From the NCBI GenBank assembly GCA_051530055.1, contig CM121341.1, positions 18,578,784-18,642,783 of the forward strand: a stretch of DNA of 64,000 nucleotides, written 5' to 3'. The position numbers were made by a program, and so were the translations under genes. The DNA is from Neoechinorhynchus agilis. Lineage: Eukaryota > Animalia > Acanthocephala. Of the stretch, positions 23,201 to 35,400 are shown piece after piece. The first letter of the stretch is position 1; each line of letters begins with the position of its first letter. The notes under the pieces were generated by a model, which was given only the letters and a program-made list of their open reading frames with translations, made no database searches and was not told the DNA's origin.

Positions 23201-23960
23201 AACCATCTCATTTCCTCGCTCTCCACTCTAAACCTCTCCCTAAATTTATCCAAATCTTTTGAGCTTGTCCCCCACATTTCCAAACGCAACCTTATCCCCG
23301 CGCCTCCCCCTCTCCCAATCCAACGCTCCTCTTCTCTCCGAATACTGGGCGTGATTTTACAAGAAAACCTTAAGTGGGATGCCCACATTTCATTTACATT
23401 CTCTAAAGCAAACCATCGTCTTTACCTCCTCAAACTCCTCCGGCGTCTCGGCGTTTCCCCTAAACACCTTGCCCACTTTTATCTCTCTGTCATCCTCCCT
23501 ATCGTTACATACGCCTACCTCACTTTCGTCGCCCTTTCCACCAATGCTCTCCATTCCCTCAAAACCTTCCACAAGGGAGCAGCGAGAATATGCGGGACTT
23601 CACTCCCTCCCCTCGACGCCCACCTCCACTCCATTTTCTCCAAAAACGCCCACCGTCTTCTTCAACCCCCTACACAATTTTCTTCCTTCATCTCTAAATA
23701 CTCGTCCCTAGTAAACACCCGGAACCCCAACCTTTTTCATCCCCCCTCGCTCGTACCACCCTCTACCAAAAATCTTTCTTCCCTCAAGCCCAATCTTTCC
23801 TTAATAACCGGATAACAAGGAAAGACTCCCAATCGGCCATTCTCCTGTAAAACTCCAAAGACAAATCCAACCTCCTGCTTCAACATCCGCCATCCAGACA
23901 ACTTCAGCAAAGATAGATGCTGGCAAGTGTATTGATCGTTTTTCTAAATCAATAAAACGT
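20290..23960 (+). mobile_element. CR1/L2-like non-LTR elements (two juxtaposed APE portions plus RT)
   Basis: LTETWL, GVYRPP, AGNLN, PTR..LDK, SSDH; RT ORF 22817-23815 with YADD; strongly C-rich sense strand. Confidence 0.85.
21118..21200 (-). mobile_element. PLE pLTR fragment with hammerhead core
   Basis: Reverse complement reads CTGAAGA-G-GCGAGG-ATA-CCTCGC-GAAATATTTC; same core as 46813-46846. Confidence 0.75.
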
Positions 23961-24658
23961 GTTTATATTTTTATCAACAGATCGTTAAGACAACAGATCG
24001 TTGATTTCACATCTTAGTACTACGATTTTAATGGAATGAATTTATTCAAAAATGATCAAGAAACTACATTTATTGTATCCGGAGTTTCACCGAATGTGGA
24101 CGATGAAGATCGAAAATGGATTGTAGATTCGAGAATAAACCGATAATCTACGGATTTAGCGTTCAATTTGCAGGCGAAAACGGATCAGAGAAATACATTG
24201 CAAGTCGCTTCGTCTGCATTGTTCGCGCTGGTGAAATTAATAAATTAGAAGCGCAAAATGAAAAATGCAACCATTGAAAATAACGTTGATTTGTGCGAGA
24301 ATTCAATTCATGGAAAATGCGACGCAAGAATGCAAACCGAAAAACGAAAAAAAATGCAATATCTTCCTTGGGATGAGATTTTATTAAATGTTATTGGCCG
24401 AAATAAATATAAATCAGATGGAAATTGACGGCAATTTCGATCTAAATGTTTTCCTTCGTTTTTGGAAATGGACTTGTGCCATCTTCAAATTCTGATCACT
24501 ATAAGACGAAAGGTCATAAGGAGACACAATACCAAATAAAAGACGAAAAAAAAGGGTTTTTAAAAATGCTCATTTTTCTCATTATGGGATTTATTTCTTT
24601 CGTGGGGATAATTGATGCCACCATTATTATCGATTGCAGATTAGCGAAAACATTTGAA

Positions 24659-26577
24659 ATGATTACTTGTACCGGCTTATCTCGACTGGTCCCTTTTAAG
24701 CTTCTCAATTTTAACAGTCTAAGATTCTCATTCAGGTTTGTTTGTGTTCGAATTTCTATGCCATCCGATATTTTAGTAGATTGTTATCGAAATTGGCGCC
24801 TACAAAATTTCCAGAGTGGAAAAGAGGCGTAGTAATTTTTCCGCAAAAAACCTCCGTTGAAGACCTCAGGAAAAACTTTCGGCCTTCAAAAGATGGCGGA
24901 TTCTACTACGATCACAGATTGATTGTTCGCGAGTATCCTGAGCGTTATACCATTGATGAATTGGACACAAGGCGAACTGGTGGCGCGGATCCCGATACGG
25001 GGCGAAAGCTTTTTCCTCGAATCGGAGGCGGAGTGAAGAAGACGTGGTTATGGGTGGATCTAAAAAGATTAGGACCGAAATATGGTGAACCTCTAATGCA
25101 GTCATTTTGGGACATTCTATTTTAGCTCTTAAAATGACAGCGATATGCGAGCGGGTCATTAAAATTGTAAAAAGCGATTGCCATACCGCATTCCTTGCCC
25201 TTGTTGGGCACGCTGATCAAGTTCGTTACTTAATCGCTACCGAAACGATGAAACCGGGGGATCTGATCAGAACTTATGGATATATTCCAGAAAAAGAAGG
25301 TTAGTATAGCGATGAACACTGGTAAAATTGCGAAGGAAATCTAAATAGATCACGATTGCACGATTGAGATTGATTTAGAAATTCCGTTAATCCCTGCAAA
25401 TGTCCGTAGATCAATGTTATACAAACATCTAAACCTTCACCTGAATTCCCAACAATTCTTGTACCATCAATTTCTAATGACCATACTCAAAGATGTTTGA
25501 ATTAAAATTTATTGTAAAGAAATTATTCATTATAGTTTCAGTTTCAATTAGCGATGTTTGATTCAGAAATAGATTTATCCTGAAAATTTTCGGCTTTTTC
25601 GTTGGCCTTCTTCAGTCAATCTACAATTTAAAAGAGGCATTGTCAAATAGTTTATCCCATGGGACTCGCAGGCTGAGTTTGTAGTCAGCTTTGTTGCCAA
25701 CAAAAGTACCTGTTTGCTGGATCATGATGACTTCCATAGTCACTCTGTCGCGTCTTACGTCACTCCTCGCATTGATGGCGTCGAGGTTCATGCGAGGAGT
25801 GACGTAAGACGCGACAGAGTGACTATGGAAGCCATCATGATCCACCAAACAGGTACTTTTGTTGGCAACAAAGCTGACTACAAACTCAGCCTGCGAGTCC
25901 CATGGGATAAACTATTTGACAATGCCTCTTTTAAATTGTGGATTGACTGAGGCCGAAAATTTTCAAGATGAATCTATTTCTGAATCAAACATCGCTAATT
26001 GAAACTAAAATTAAAATTTATTACTTCTTGAGATGAAATCTTACAACATCTTTTAATGCGCATGCCTTTCCACTTAGTTATTCCGAAAACGAATGATTGT
26101 TGGCCACTTGGAGCGTTACCGACCGGTACAACTGTTTGTTGTATTGAAGCGGAACCCGGCCAAGGAGCTCTGTACTCATGTCAAGCTGGTTCCTACTGTA
26201 CTATCGTATCCAAATCAGACGGTCGTTGCGTTATTAGAATGCCAAATCACATCAAAAAGCACCGAGGCGCTTTTGACATAAGCGTTCTGGAACAATGCAT
26301 GGCTGTGGTTGGGAGATGTTCTAATCTAGGTCACATGCACGAGCATTTGGGAAGCGCAAATGCCCTTCGTCATATTGGATATAGACCCAGGAGCGGACTC
26401 TTCCACAAAAAGACCGGCAGATTTGGAAAACGGAGAAGAGGACCTAAGCCAGTTCACGTCGTCAATCCTCTGAAACTGGAAATGGAAGAGGCATTTAAAG
26501 ACGATCCAAATTTCGTTCCATGCCCAGCAACAAAATCTGTTCGGTACACTTGGTATGATTTTAAGCTTGAAGAATAA
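24659..26577 (+). CDS. MRPL2: Mitochondrial ribosomal protein L2 (uL2m); exons 24659-24735, 24777-25084, 25126-25299, 26078-26577
   Basis: RRTGGADPDTGR..IGGG, LIATETMKPGD, PLGALPTGT...E.EPGQG, VGRCSN, RPRSGLFHKK; three GT-AG introns (41, 41, 778 nt). Confidence 0.93.
25536..26010. repeat. Near-perfect palindrome (~230-bp arms) of inverted PLE pLTRs inside MRPL2 intron 3
   Basis: Arms encode the GIY-YIG C-terminus (RDRVTMEAIMI); hammerhead core at 25581-25620 (-); possible TSD ATTAAAATTTATT at 25501-25513 and 26010-26022. Confidence 0.9.
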
Positions 26578-27449
26578 AGTTTTTAATGTAATTGCTGTAA
26601 GGCGAATGACGCTCAATCTTTAGTATTTCCACTGACAAATATGTAAGTTTCCGAGTCTACTAATCGTGATTGTCTCGAGAAAAACAGTGTCTTGTTCAAA
26701 ATAACATGTAGAAAATCAATATTGAATTTGTTCAATGTCCACTATGCAAAAATAACGTCAGTAAACTAAACGCTGTTCATACAATCATCCAAGACCAAAA
26801 AAGAATCGTTACTTTGATCTCCGAACCAGGAAGTTTTCAGCTTTATGCTTCACGGGGGGGTAAACTTTGACTGCTTATTAACCATATAATCAAGGATTTC
26901 GCATTTTAAGACATCTGTGAAAATTTATAAGAAATACATTACTTACATCCTCACAATTTTTTATTAAGAATTGTAATTTGTTCTTACTTTTGCTCTTCTT
27001 CCTACTCGTTCAGATTTTGCTTCCGGCTTTTGTTCAACTTTTACTTTTAACATCATTAAGTACTCGGGGATGCATATCCTCCGAGGATGGCACAAAATCC
27101 CTAACAATCGTCAAAGCATTCGCAGCCTTTTGAACATCAATCGTTTCCAATAATTCTTCGTTTGAGTTTGACTTATTGGTGGAATCTACCGTCTTTGAAC
27201 AGTTAGATTTTTCTCGTTGGGCTTCTTGATATCGACCAAATGTTTACTTCTAAGAGGTTCTTGTTCGCACTGAATATCCTCCGTAAAAATATCCTCAACT
27301 GTATTCATCACTTCAATCAATGAGTCCTTTAGAGTATCAGTAGCTTGTTCAAAACACTTCTTTGGTGCGACATCGATAAGAGCAGTCCCGTTCATTGATT
27401 TGTTTGTAAATTTTTACGGCGTGATCTCGTTCGTCTTTTTCATCTGGGT

Positions 27450-29180
27450 CTTCGCGTTGTTTGATTTCGATAATCTTCCTACATTACTATATCTCCTAGA
27501 CTTCGTCCAGTTAGTAAAATTTCCTACCCACCACAACTCACATCTCGATAAAATCTTTACTAACATCTACAAATATAAGGATGCTAAAAAACTACCTCCG
27601 ATCTCATCCTCAGACCATTGCGCAATAATCCTTTCTCCCTCCGCTCCTCCCCAACGTGTACGATCATCCCCCTTTACGGTCTGGAATAAGGAAGATCAAC
27701 ACATTTTCGCATTTATCGAATTAGTCTCGCGTAATCTTTCTTCACACAGAAAATCTATTTTTCACCCCAACCCCATGGAGACTGCTTTCTCTAACTAATA
27801 CACTCTCCTCTTGCATGACTGCAGCTATTGCTAGGAAACCCATTAGCCTTACAAACCGAGACTCTTGCACATAAACTCGCCTCCTCTCCCACTCACCTCT
27901 GGTGGAAAAACACGAAAAGCGCCCTACCAACCTTTCAAACTCCGACCTCCTTGCTGCACTAAACTCTATCGATGTGCAACTTTGTGACTCTCATTCGAAC
28001 ACAAACCAACCATCATCCCCTTCCAAATCTACACCGCCGTCCTCGGCTTCTGCAGCTTCACCTCACGCAAATCATCCCCCAACTCTCCCATTCCAAACTG
28101 GGCTCTCCACTTACCAATATAATCAACCAAAGTTTCAAGACCGGAATCTTCCCTAATTGCCTTAAAACAGCTCGCGTAACCCTGCTCCCGAAAGCAGGTA
28201 AACTTATACACACCTCAAGTTTTCGACCCATCTTTATCTTACCTTCCTTCTCTAAAGTCTTAGAGGGGTGCTTTAGAGCATAACTTCTGCCAATCTTCAA
28301 TCGAAAATTTTCACCCATTCAATTCGGTTTCCAGCTCGACCTTTCTTGTACATACGCCCTTCTTTGCATCTGCGATTCTCCTCTTCATAATATCGACGCA
28401 CAACCTTTATTTATCTCTCGACTCATCCAAATCGACATTCACAAAGCTTTTGGTTCCGTCGATTACAATCCTCTTCTTGATACACGCTCTAAATTTATTT
28501 CTGCCCCCTGGCAAATCAAATGATTGAATTCCTTTCTAAACATTAGATTACAATTTATCGAAATAGGGAGCATTGCATCGAACACCTTAGCAATCAACAT
28601 GGGAGTGCCACAAAGGGGTTGTTCTCTCCTTCATTCTTTTCAACATTTTCCTGAATGATCTTTTTCCATCTTCTTATTCTAAATACTTCTTGTATGCTGA
28701 TGATCTTACAATCATTACGCATGCACCAAATCCCCTCTCACACCCAGTTACTTCTAGAAATCGTCCCCTCAATCTCAAATAGCCATTCCGATCAGCCGCC
28801 CCTTCCTTTTCCTATCAATCGTGTCTCCTCGGTCCGTATACTTGATCTTCATTTTCAAGAAAATCTAAAGTGGGACAAGCGCATATCAATTTTGTTGAAC
28901 GAAGGATCCATTGAGCTCTATCTTCTTAAACGCCTCCGATACCTTTGGTTGTCATCCAAAAACCTTAAGCACTTTTATATGTCGCCATCCTACCAGCGCT
29001 CACCTACGCATATCCAACCTTCTGCAATTTTTCTTCTAATCTATTCAAAAACTTAATACATTTCACAAGAGGTGCACTCTAATCTGCTCCTCCAAACTCA
29101 TGCCCTTAGAAGAACACCTCTCTCAAATCTTTCAAAAGCACTCAAAGCGCCTTCATTCTCTTCCGCCTCAATTTTTGCCA
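27450..29180 (+). mobile_element. Decayed CR1/L2-like element
   Basis: FPTH..SHLDKIF, SSSDH, IINQSFKTG..P..LK.A.V, FRPI.ILPSFSKVLE, DIHKAF, GVPQ, YADDL, ILDLHFQENLKW. Confidence 0.8.
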
Positions 29181-29189
29181 CACATTTCT

Positions 29190-29296
29190 CCTTTTATTTG
29201 ATTGTACGTTGGCGAATCCTGTCACCGGTGTTGTCGTTACTCATTTTTTTATTTGAGAAATATTTCGCAAGGTTTTCCTTGCCTCTTCAGTCTCTA
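29190..29296 (-). mobile_element. Solo PLE pLTR fragment with hammerhead core
   Basis: Matches 29930-30036; core CTGAAGA-G-GCAAGG-AAAA-CCTTGC-GAAATATTTCTC. Confidence 0.8.
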
Positions 29297-29299
29297 GTC

Positions 29300-29600
29300 C
29301 CTAACTTTTCGGCCGGGATAGCTTCCGGCCAGGCGCCGGACCCCTTCGCAGAGCAAGCCTTGAGTCGCGAACGTAACCTCTCGTCCAGTTTGTCTAGAAG
29401 TGATTTGTGAACCCTCTGCACGATCGGTAAGTCCCACGATGACTGCTTTTGGCACTTCTTAGGTATTGCGGCTTGACCTACTTTAGAGGTCCATGAGGAG
29501 AAAGCATTATTAAACTGCTCTTCGTTGTACTCCGGATAGATCTTAAGGGAGTTCTCGAAAAGGGCCCATGTATCTTTGGGAACGCGTGAACACTCGAAGC
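29300..29600 (-). mobile_element. CRE-like pre-RLE fragment
   Basis: QSSWDLPIV...RSRLKACSAKGSGAW.EAIP. Confidence 0.7.
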
Positions 29601-29906
29601 TCCCAGGGGTCCTCATGAACACTCGAATTTGCAGTAGATCGATTTCAGGACATCTTTAAGATTCGTTGAGAGATTTGCAGAATTTTTTCGTAGGTAAGTT
29701 GACTATTGCCTATGTTTGGTAGAAATTGTTTTTTCTCTGTTAGTTGATTAATTGTTAGTTGTTGTCTTCCGTTCTTTCCTCCGAATCAATTTGCATTTGG
29801 AAGATTAAGCTGTGGGGAAGAAAGAGCGGAAGCAGAAATTAGTGCGAGGAACTGAAGGATGGAAAATGTTTGAGCGACGAGTGTTGTAAGTGGGAGTAAA
29901 AGGAGA

Positions 29907-30820
29907 AATGTCATATATCATTGTCCTCGGGGTAAATTTGATTGTACGTTGGCGAATCCTGTCCCAGGTGTTGTCGTTACTCATTTATTTATTTAAGAAA
30001 TATTTCGCAAGGTTTTCCTTGCCTCTTCAGTCGCTATCTAAAATGGAGACAATATAAACAGCATGCACAGCAGGTCATGTCTGGATCCTGCTGTGCATGC
30101 TGTTTACATTGTCTCCATTTTAGATAGTGACTGAGGAGGCAAGGAAAACCTTACGAAATATTTCTCAAATAAATAAATAAATAAATAAATAAACAAATAA
30201 ACAAATAAATAAATAAATGAGTAACGACAACACCTGGGACAGGATTCGCCAACGTACAATCAAATTTACCCCGAGGACAATGATATATGACATTAAGAAA
30301 CAGTATGGCGATAACTGTACCAAGAGCATTAGCCACTTATTAAAATGGAGATTAGGCTTCTTTGCATCAAACAAGATTCTAAATTCATACAGACATGTAG
30401 GGACGAGAACTTAACACCGAGGTGTGCCCGACTAAAATCAGGCATAATTGGATTCCACGGATCATTCCTACAGCGCTCCTTTGAAAGACAATTATTTAAC
30501 TTCGGCATTGTAGAGATGAGGAAACGCATATGTCACATTAAGAACGATTCCATGAGCACATGGGAATATCTTACACGCACTCTTGACTATGACGATATTA
30601 TGTGGCTAAATCCATACGTTAATGAACGAATCAATGCCCAAACACTGGAGATTAAGAAACGACATAACAAGAAGTTGGATCGACTGCGACCAAATATCCC
30701 TAAGGTACAACCATATTTCTTCAACAAATCTAAACGAATCTTCACGGAAGAGGAAGTTGCCTTGTTGAGCAAAGGCCATGATTACATTGTCAAACGTCGA
30801 ATATATGAAACACAGATATA
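29907..30820 (+). mobile_element. 3'-truncated Penelope-like element: inverted pLTR pair (29907-30294) plus ORF N-terminus
   Basis: Palindrome centred at ~30080 with hammerhead cores at 29994-30036 (-) and 30126-30166 (+); MIYDIKKQY...FIQTCRDENLTP..A.LKSG.IGF is homologous to the 47700-48140 N-terminus. Confidence 0.85.
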
Positions 30821-30829
30821 AGCAGTCGG

Positions 30830-31828
30830 CATGTCAACGATTCCACCGCCGTCCCATCGCTCCACTCGGGACTTAACTATCTCAGCAAACCACCATTCGC
30901 CGCACGTCGCACCGCCCACGCCAGACGCTGCTGACGCAGTCCCCTTAAACGTGCCACCTGTTAATCACGCAGATCACGAGAGGACCGGCGCTGCAAATTC
31001 ATAAAATCAACTTTGGTCCGAAGAACCTACAGATAGCAAGCGGCAAACGGAAATTTCAAGTACTCTGGGAGGTGAGGCCAATGCTACCCGATATCCGAGG
31101 GTCTCAACACATAATTGCCCGGTCTGTGACAAGCAGATCAAAATTACGACAGGGGGAGAATTTTGGACTCACGGTCCAAGGGATTCCCGATGTGTTGGTT
31201 CCGGCCTTCTGCTGGCAAGCTCTGCTCCTCAGCTCAGTGAACCTCGTCAGAACATCCGAAACATCGTACATTGCACCCCTTCGTTGCTGGAGATCGTGCG
31301 CATTTTGCCCAGAAACATCCTAAAGCGGATCCCGAAGGGCGCTCGATTTCAGGTAGCGAAGAGATATTCAGCCCTGCTGAGCGACTGTCTCGAGACAAAT
31401 ACCGAAGTATCTTGGACACGCTTTTTCGCATTGCCGAGACTGGTACTTTGTGCCGGAGGACCATCTGACGAGTCCCTTGTTACCCTCATCAAAAACAGGG
31501 TGTCCTCCTTCGACAACTCGTTTTGAGAGGTCCTACGCAAAGCTTGCGTTTTTAGGGGAGATTTCTCAAAGCCACCGAATCCGAGCCGAGTTTCAACCCG
31601 TTCAATGACCCAGAGAGTGTCTTCTAAACTCGCCGATGGTGATGTGAGAGGCGCGGTTCGCATTATATCCTCCACCAAAGAATTCGCAAGAGATGATACG
31701 AAAACTCTCTAACTTCTCAGCGAGAAACATTCTCGACACACTGGTCATCTAGAATATTTGGAGATGATCCCTCGTGCACCCCGTTAGAATTTTCGGTTGA
31801 TGTAGTTAGTAAAGCCATTTCTTCGTTA
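30830..31828 (+). mobile_element. CRE-like element 5' portion
   Basis: CPVCDKQIKITTGGEFWTHGPRDSRC zinc finger; ILKRIPKGARFQVA...W.RFFA.PRLVL; DGDVRGAVRI. Confidence 0.75.
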
Positions 31829-31829
31829 T

Positions 31830-33690
31830 GACGGCATAAGGTGTGACGCACACTTGTGCAACGTTGATATGTGAGTGTGTGTGGGTTTTAGTTAGTTTTT
31901 TGATTTGTTGGTTAACACATAAAATAATTGAAGAATCAAAGGATTTGAGCACGACATTTGGCGACGAGGGTGGGATTTTGATGATGCAGTCTCTCATTGA
32001 GAAACAACATGAGTTATTGGAACTAATGATAAAGCAAATGGGACAAATGAAGGGGAGCGATAACAAACGGCAACAGAATCATGGTGATATCCAAGTGTTT
32101 CGATCTTTCGATCCTGGTAGCAAGACGGGAAGATTATGAGGCTCAGTTGGAAAAACATTTGGAGTATTGTCGAGTAGAGACTCAAGAATTGATGCAAGCT
32201 TGTTTGTTGGCGTGGATAAGCCCGCAGATTTACGCAAAAGTCCGGAAAAGCTTGGGTACGAAGAAACCCAGTGACTGCTCTTTTGCGGAATTGAAAGATG
32301 CCACATCGAAGTTATATACCCAAGAAATACAGGAAGTAGCAGCGCGATACCGTTTCAGTAATACCCGAATGAAACCAAGGCAAAGCTACGATGATTGGAT
32401 AGCGGAGTTATGGGACGTTTCGAAAGGTTGCAACTTCTTCAAATCAGAAGTGCAAGATGAACAAAAAGCTACAGAGATCCAGATTGGAGACAGGGTGATA
32501 TTAAATAGTCCACACGAGGAAATACGAAGATCGGCTTTTCAGCACAAGAACTTGACACTCGAAAAGCTGCGAACCATCATCAACAGTTACGACGTCTCGA
32601 AGCAGGCATTGGAGATCGCACCGAAAATGGACAGTGTGAAGTCCTTTGTGCAGAAGATTTATCAAAACAAGTTCAAACGAGAGCATAATCGGAACGACTT
32701 TATAGCAAAATGCAAATATTGTGCAAGAAAACATTTGGAGGGAAAGACTTGCTGGGCCAGAAATGCTAAATGCTTCAAATGTGGGAAGAGTGGACATTTC
32801 GCTCGATGCTGTTTGTCGGCTACCGGTGCTAATCAAATTAAAGATGTAAAAGATGGCGAATCAGTGAGATGCGATGAATCAGGATATCATGAAGAGGATG
32901 ATGAACTTGAAAGACATATTTATACTATTCCGGGTAGGAAGAGAGCGGAGATTTCGGCATTCATAGAAGGGGTGAAGACAAAAATGGAGTTTGAAACGGG
33001 AGCCGCGGATTAAATTATAACAAGCGCGTCGTGGCATCGAATCGGAAAACCTAAATTAAGCGCAACAAATGCACTGAGAGCTTTTGGAGGAAGAGATCGA
33101 GAGCCTTGGAAGATATTCAATGAATGTGAAGCCAGGCAGGAAATGGAGATGAGTTGAAGCCGTTGTAGTACCACAATCAGGTAAATCATTGTTTGGACTA
33201 CCATGGATTTTGCAGTTTGGATAAAAAATTCCAGCGGAGCTCGTAGAGGTTCACAGGGTCAATAAGGAAGGAAGTGATAAAAGCGAAGCAATATGCGCAA
33301 AATTGAAGAAATCATTCCCTTCATTTTTCAACAATGAATCGGATCCGATAAAAAAAATTCCAAGCAAGCTTGGTGACGCCGAACAATGCGTATGTGGTGC
33401 GGGAAAGATTCCGTTTGCACTACAGGAACCATTAGAAGCGGAACTAGATCGGTTAATAAAGGTGAAAATATTGTCGTGTGTAGATGCGAATCAAGATAAA
33501 ATCGAATGGGTCACACAAATTGTAGTTGTTCGAAAGACCGGAGGAAACGTACGAATTTGTGGAGATTTCCGCGCAACTATCAATCAGCATCTCCAAGTTG
33601 ATTCGTACTGTATGCCCACTTTCGAAGAATTAACACAGAAGTTGGCGGGTGCTACGCAATATAGCACTTCCGGTGGACGATAAGACGAGT
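31830..33690 (+). mobile_element. Ty3/gypsy (Mag-like) LTR retrotransposon 5' fragment: partial LTR, PBS, gag, protease, RT start
   Basis: CFKCGKSGHFARCC knuckle, FETGA (degenerate DTGA), IVVVRKTGGNVRICGDFR; LTR ends ...ACGACA at 31956. Confidence 0.85.
31959..31976 (+). promoter_or_regulatory. Primer-binding site complementary to the tRNA-Ser(GCU) 3' end
   Basis: TGGCGACGAGGGTGGGAT, 2 nt after the LTR-terminal CA. Confidence 0.8.
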
Positions 33691-33729
33691 AAAATACTAA
33701 CGATCGCAACACCATACGGAGTGTAGGAC

Positions 33730-34148
33730 TGCCGATGTGTTATCCCGCCGTTGCCGCTGGGGTGCAAATGTGAATTCTTCGGACGTCATGGTCTCATCTG
33801 TAGAAAATCAGCCGTAGATTCGCACGACATGCCGAAATTAACATGGTGCTGAGCCGGGCACTTGTTACGATACATGCCCCCAATATTTTGGAACCTGCCA
33901 ACCTCTGTAGGGACGACGGGCGTAGACCTGATGGGGTGACCGTATTTCCGTGGCGGGAGGGTAAATGCCTCCTCTGGGACGCCACTTGTGTCGATACACT
34001 CGCGGCCACCAATCTCAAGTTCTCGGTGGTTCAAGCTGGAGGTGCAACGAGCGCTGCGGAGGGACGGAAAACGGCAAAATACCTCGACTTAGCCCGAGCC
34101 CATGTGTTTGCACCCTTTGGAGTTGAGATCTACGGATCTCTTGGTAGC
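33730..34148 (+). mobile_element. CRE-like RLE fragment
   Basis: EPANLCRDDGRRPDGVTVFPWREGKCLLWDATCVDTLA...AEGRKTAKY. Confidence 0.85.
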
Positions 34149-34390
34149 AAGTACCTTTAAAGTTCTATAAAAATTTGACAGAAGATTAAATTAAGTAATT
34201 GCTAAAAAAATGCTATTTTAAACTGCTGAATATTATGATGACCGATTTTTATAATTATTTTAAAATAAATTGTAAAAGCGAAAACCAGAACACCGAAATT
34301 TCTTAACCGGTAGTACGCCGTCAATATCAGAACGTATTTTCCGTTTGCACATTGCGGCACCGCTTCATTTTTGATCAGATTTTTGTAGCT

Positions 34391-35049
34391 CTACAGCAGT
34401 TTTTCCAACAATCCTTTGAACAGACGTTCGATAGACCATATAGGTTTCCTTCCACGCAGTTCCATATTTGATCTATTCGCCATCGTAATCAAGTTTGCAT
34501 CGCCTTCGCCATAAAATATCGAGTTCTTCGATAATCCAAGATTGTTTTCCTCAAAAGCCAATATTTCACCCAAATCACAAAAATACATCATATGCTCAAT
34601 TATTCTCGTCATCGGAAAATTATCCTCGTAAATGTAACTCTTAACATCACTTGTAAAATTCTCATAGTGAAATCGCTCTTCGGCGAGTACGTGGTCATGT
34701 TCGACTTCTGGTTCATCATACGGATCATTGGCGTATCCCCCAGTGGACCACCACGAATTTCACCTCTTTGTCTAAGTTTCTGTAATCGTTCCTCCTTTTC
34801 ATTTTGCTCTATGGCTTTCAAAAATAAATGATCCTCAAACGTTGGCGTGCTACATCCCATTCCCGGATGTTTTTCTTTAACAAATATATATTTAGCAATC
34901 TTGTCCTTGATCCATTCTGGGCCGTAGTTCAACGCCTTATTCCATATGAGCCATGATTTCCTCAGCACACCGATGCAGTATTTCATTATTATCCTCTTCG
35001 GAATATATACCAAGCTTCCTAACCACGAATTTAGCATCAGCCTAAACAA
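34391..35049 (-). pseudogene. Frameshifted protein-like sequence of unknown family (duplicated at 56884-57545)
   Basis: Protein-like segments in three different frames; no family recognised. Confidence 0.3.
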
Positions 35050-35400
35050 AAAGTGGGCAATGATAGCAAAAAGGATTCGGCGGAAATCTCGAGTAATCCC
35101 TCAAACGTTTATTTTTACTGTTCGCTGCAGAAAAACGGTCAGCTGGTAGTATATCAGGAAAACTAAAACTCGGTTCTCATCATGAAATTAAATTTAAATT
35201 TCAAGTACCGGCAAGCTTAATGCTAATCGACGAAAAGTTTTTATATGAACTCACGTGGTTGTTCCAAATGATTTACTGCTAAGGCATCAACAACCAACAT
35301 AGTAAACAAGAATGTTTGCCTTCCACAAATAACAGGTTCAAATGAATCGCTTCAATTTCGATATAAGCATTGCCATCTACAAGTAAAAAACGACTTTTCG

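Noticed and set aside
30165-30220. (AAAT/AAAC)n tract
   Set aside because: Simple slippage microsatellite inside a pLTR.
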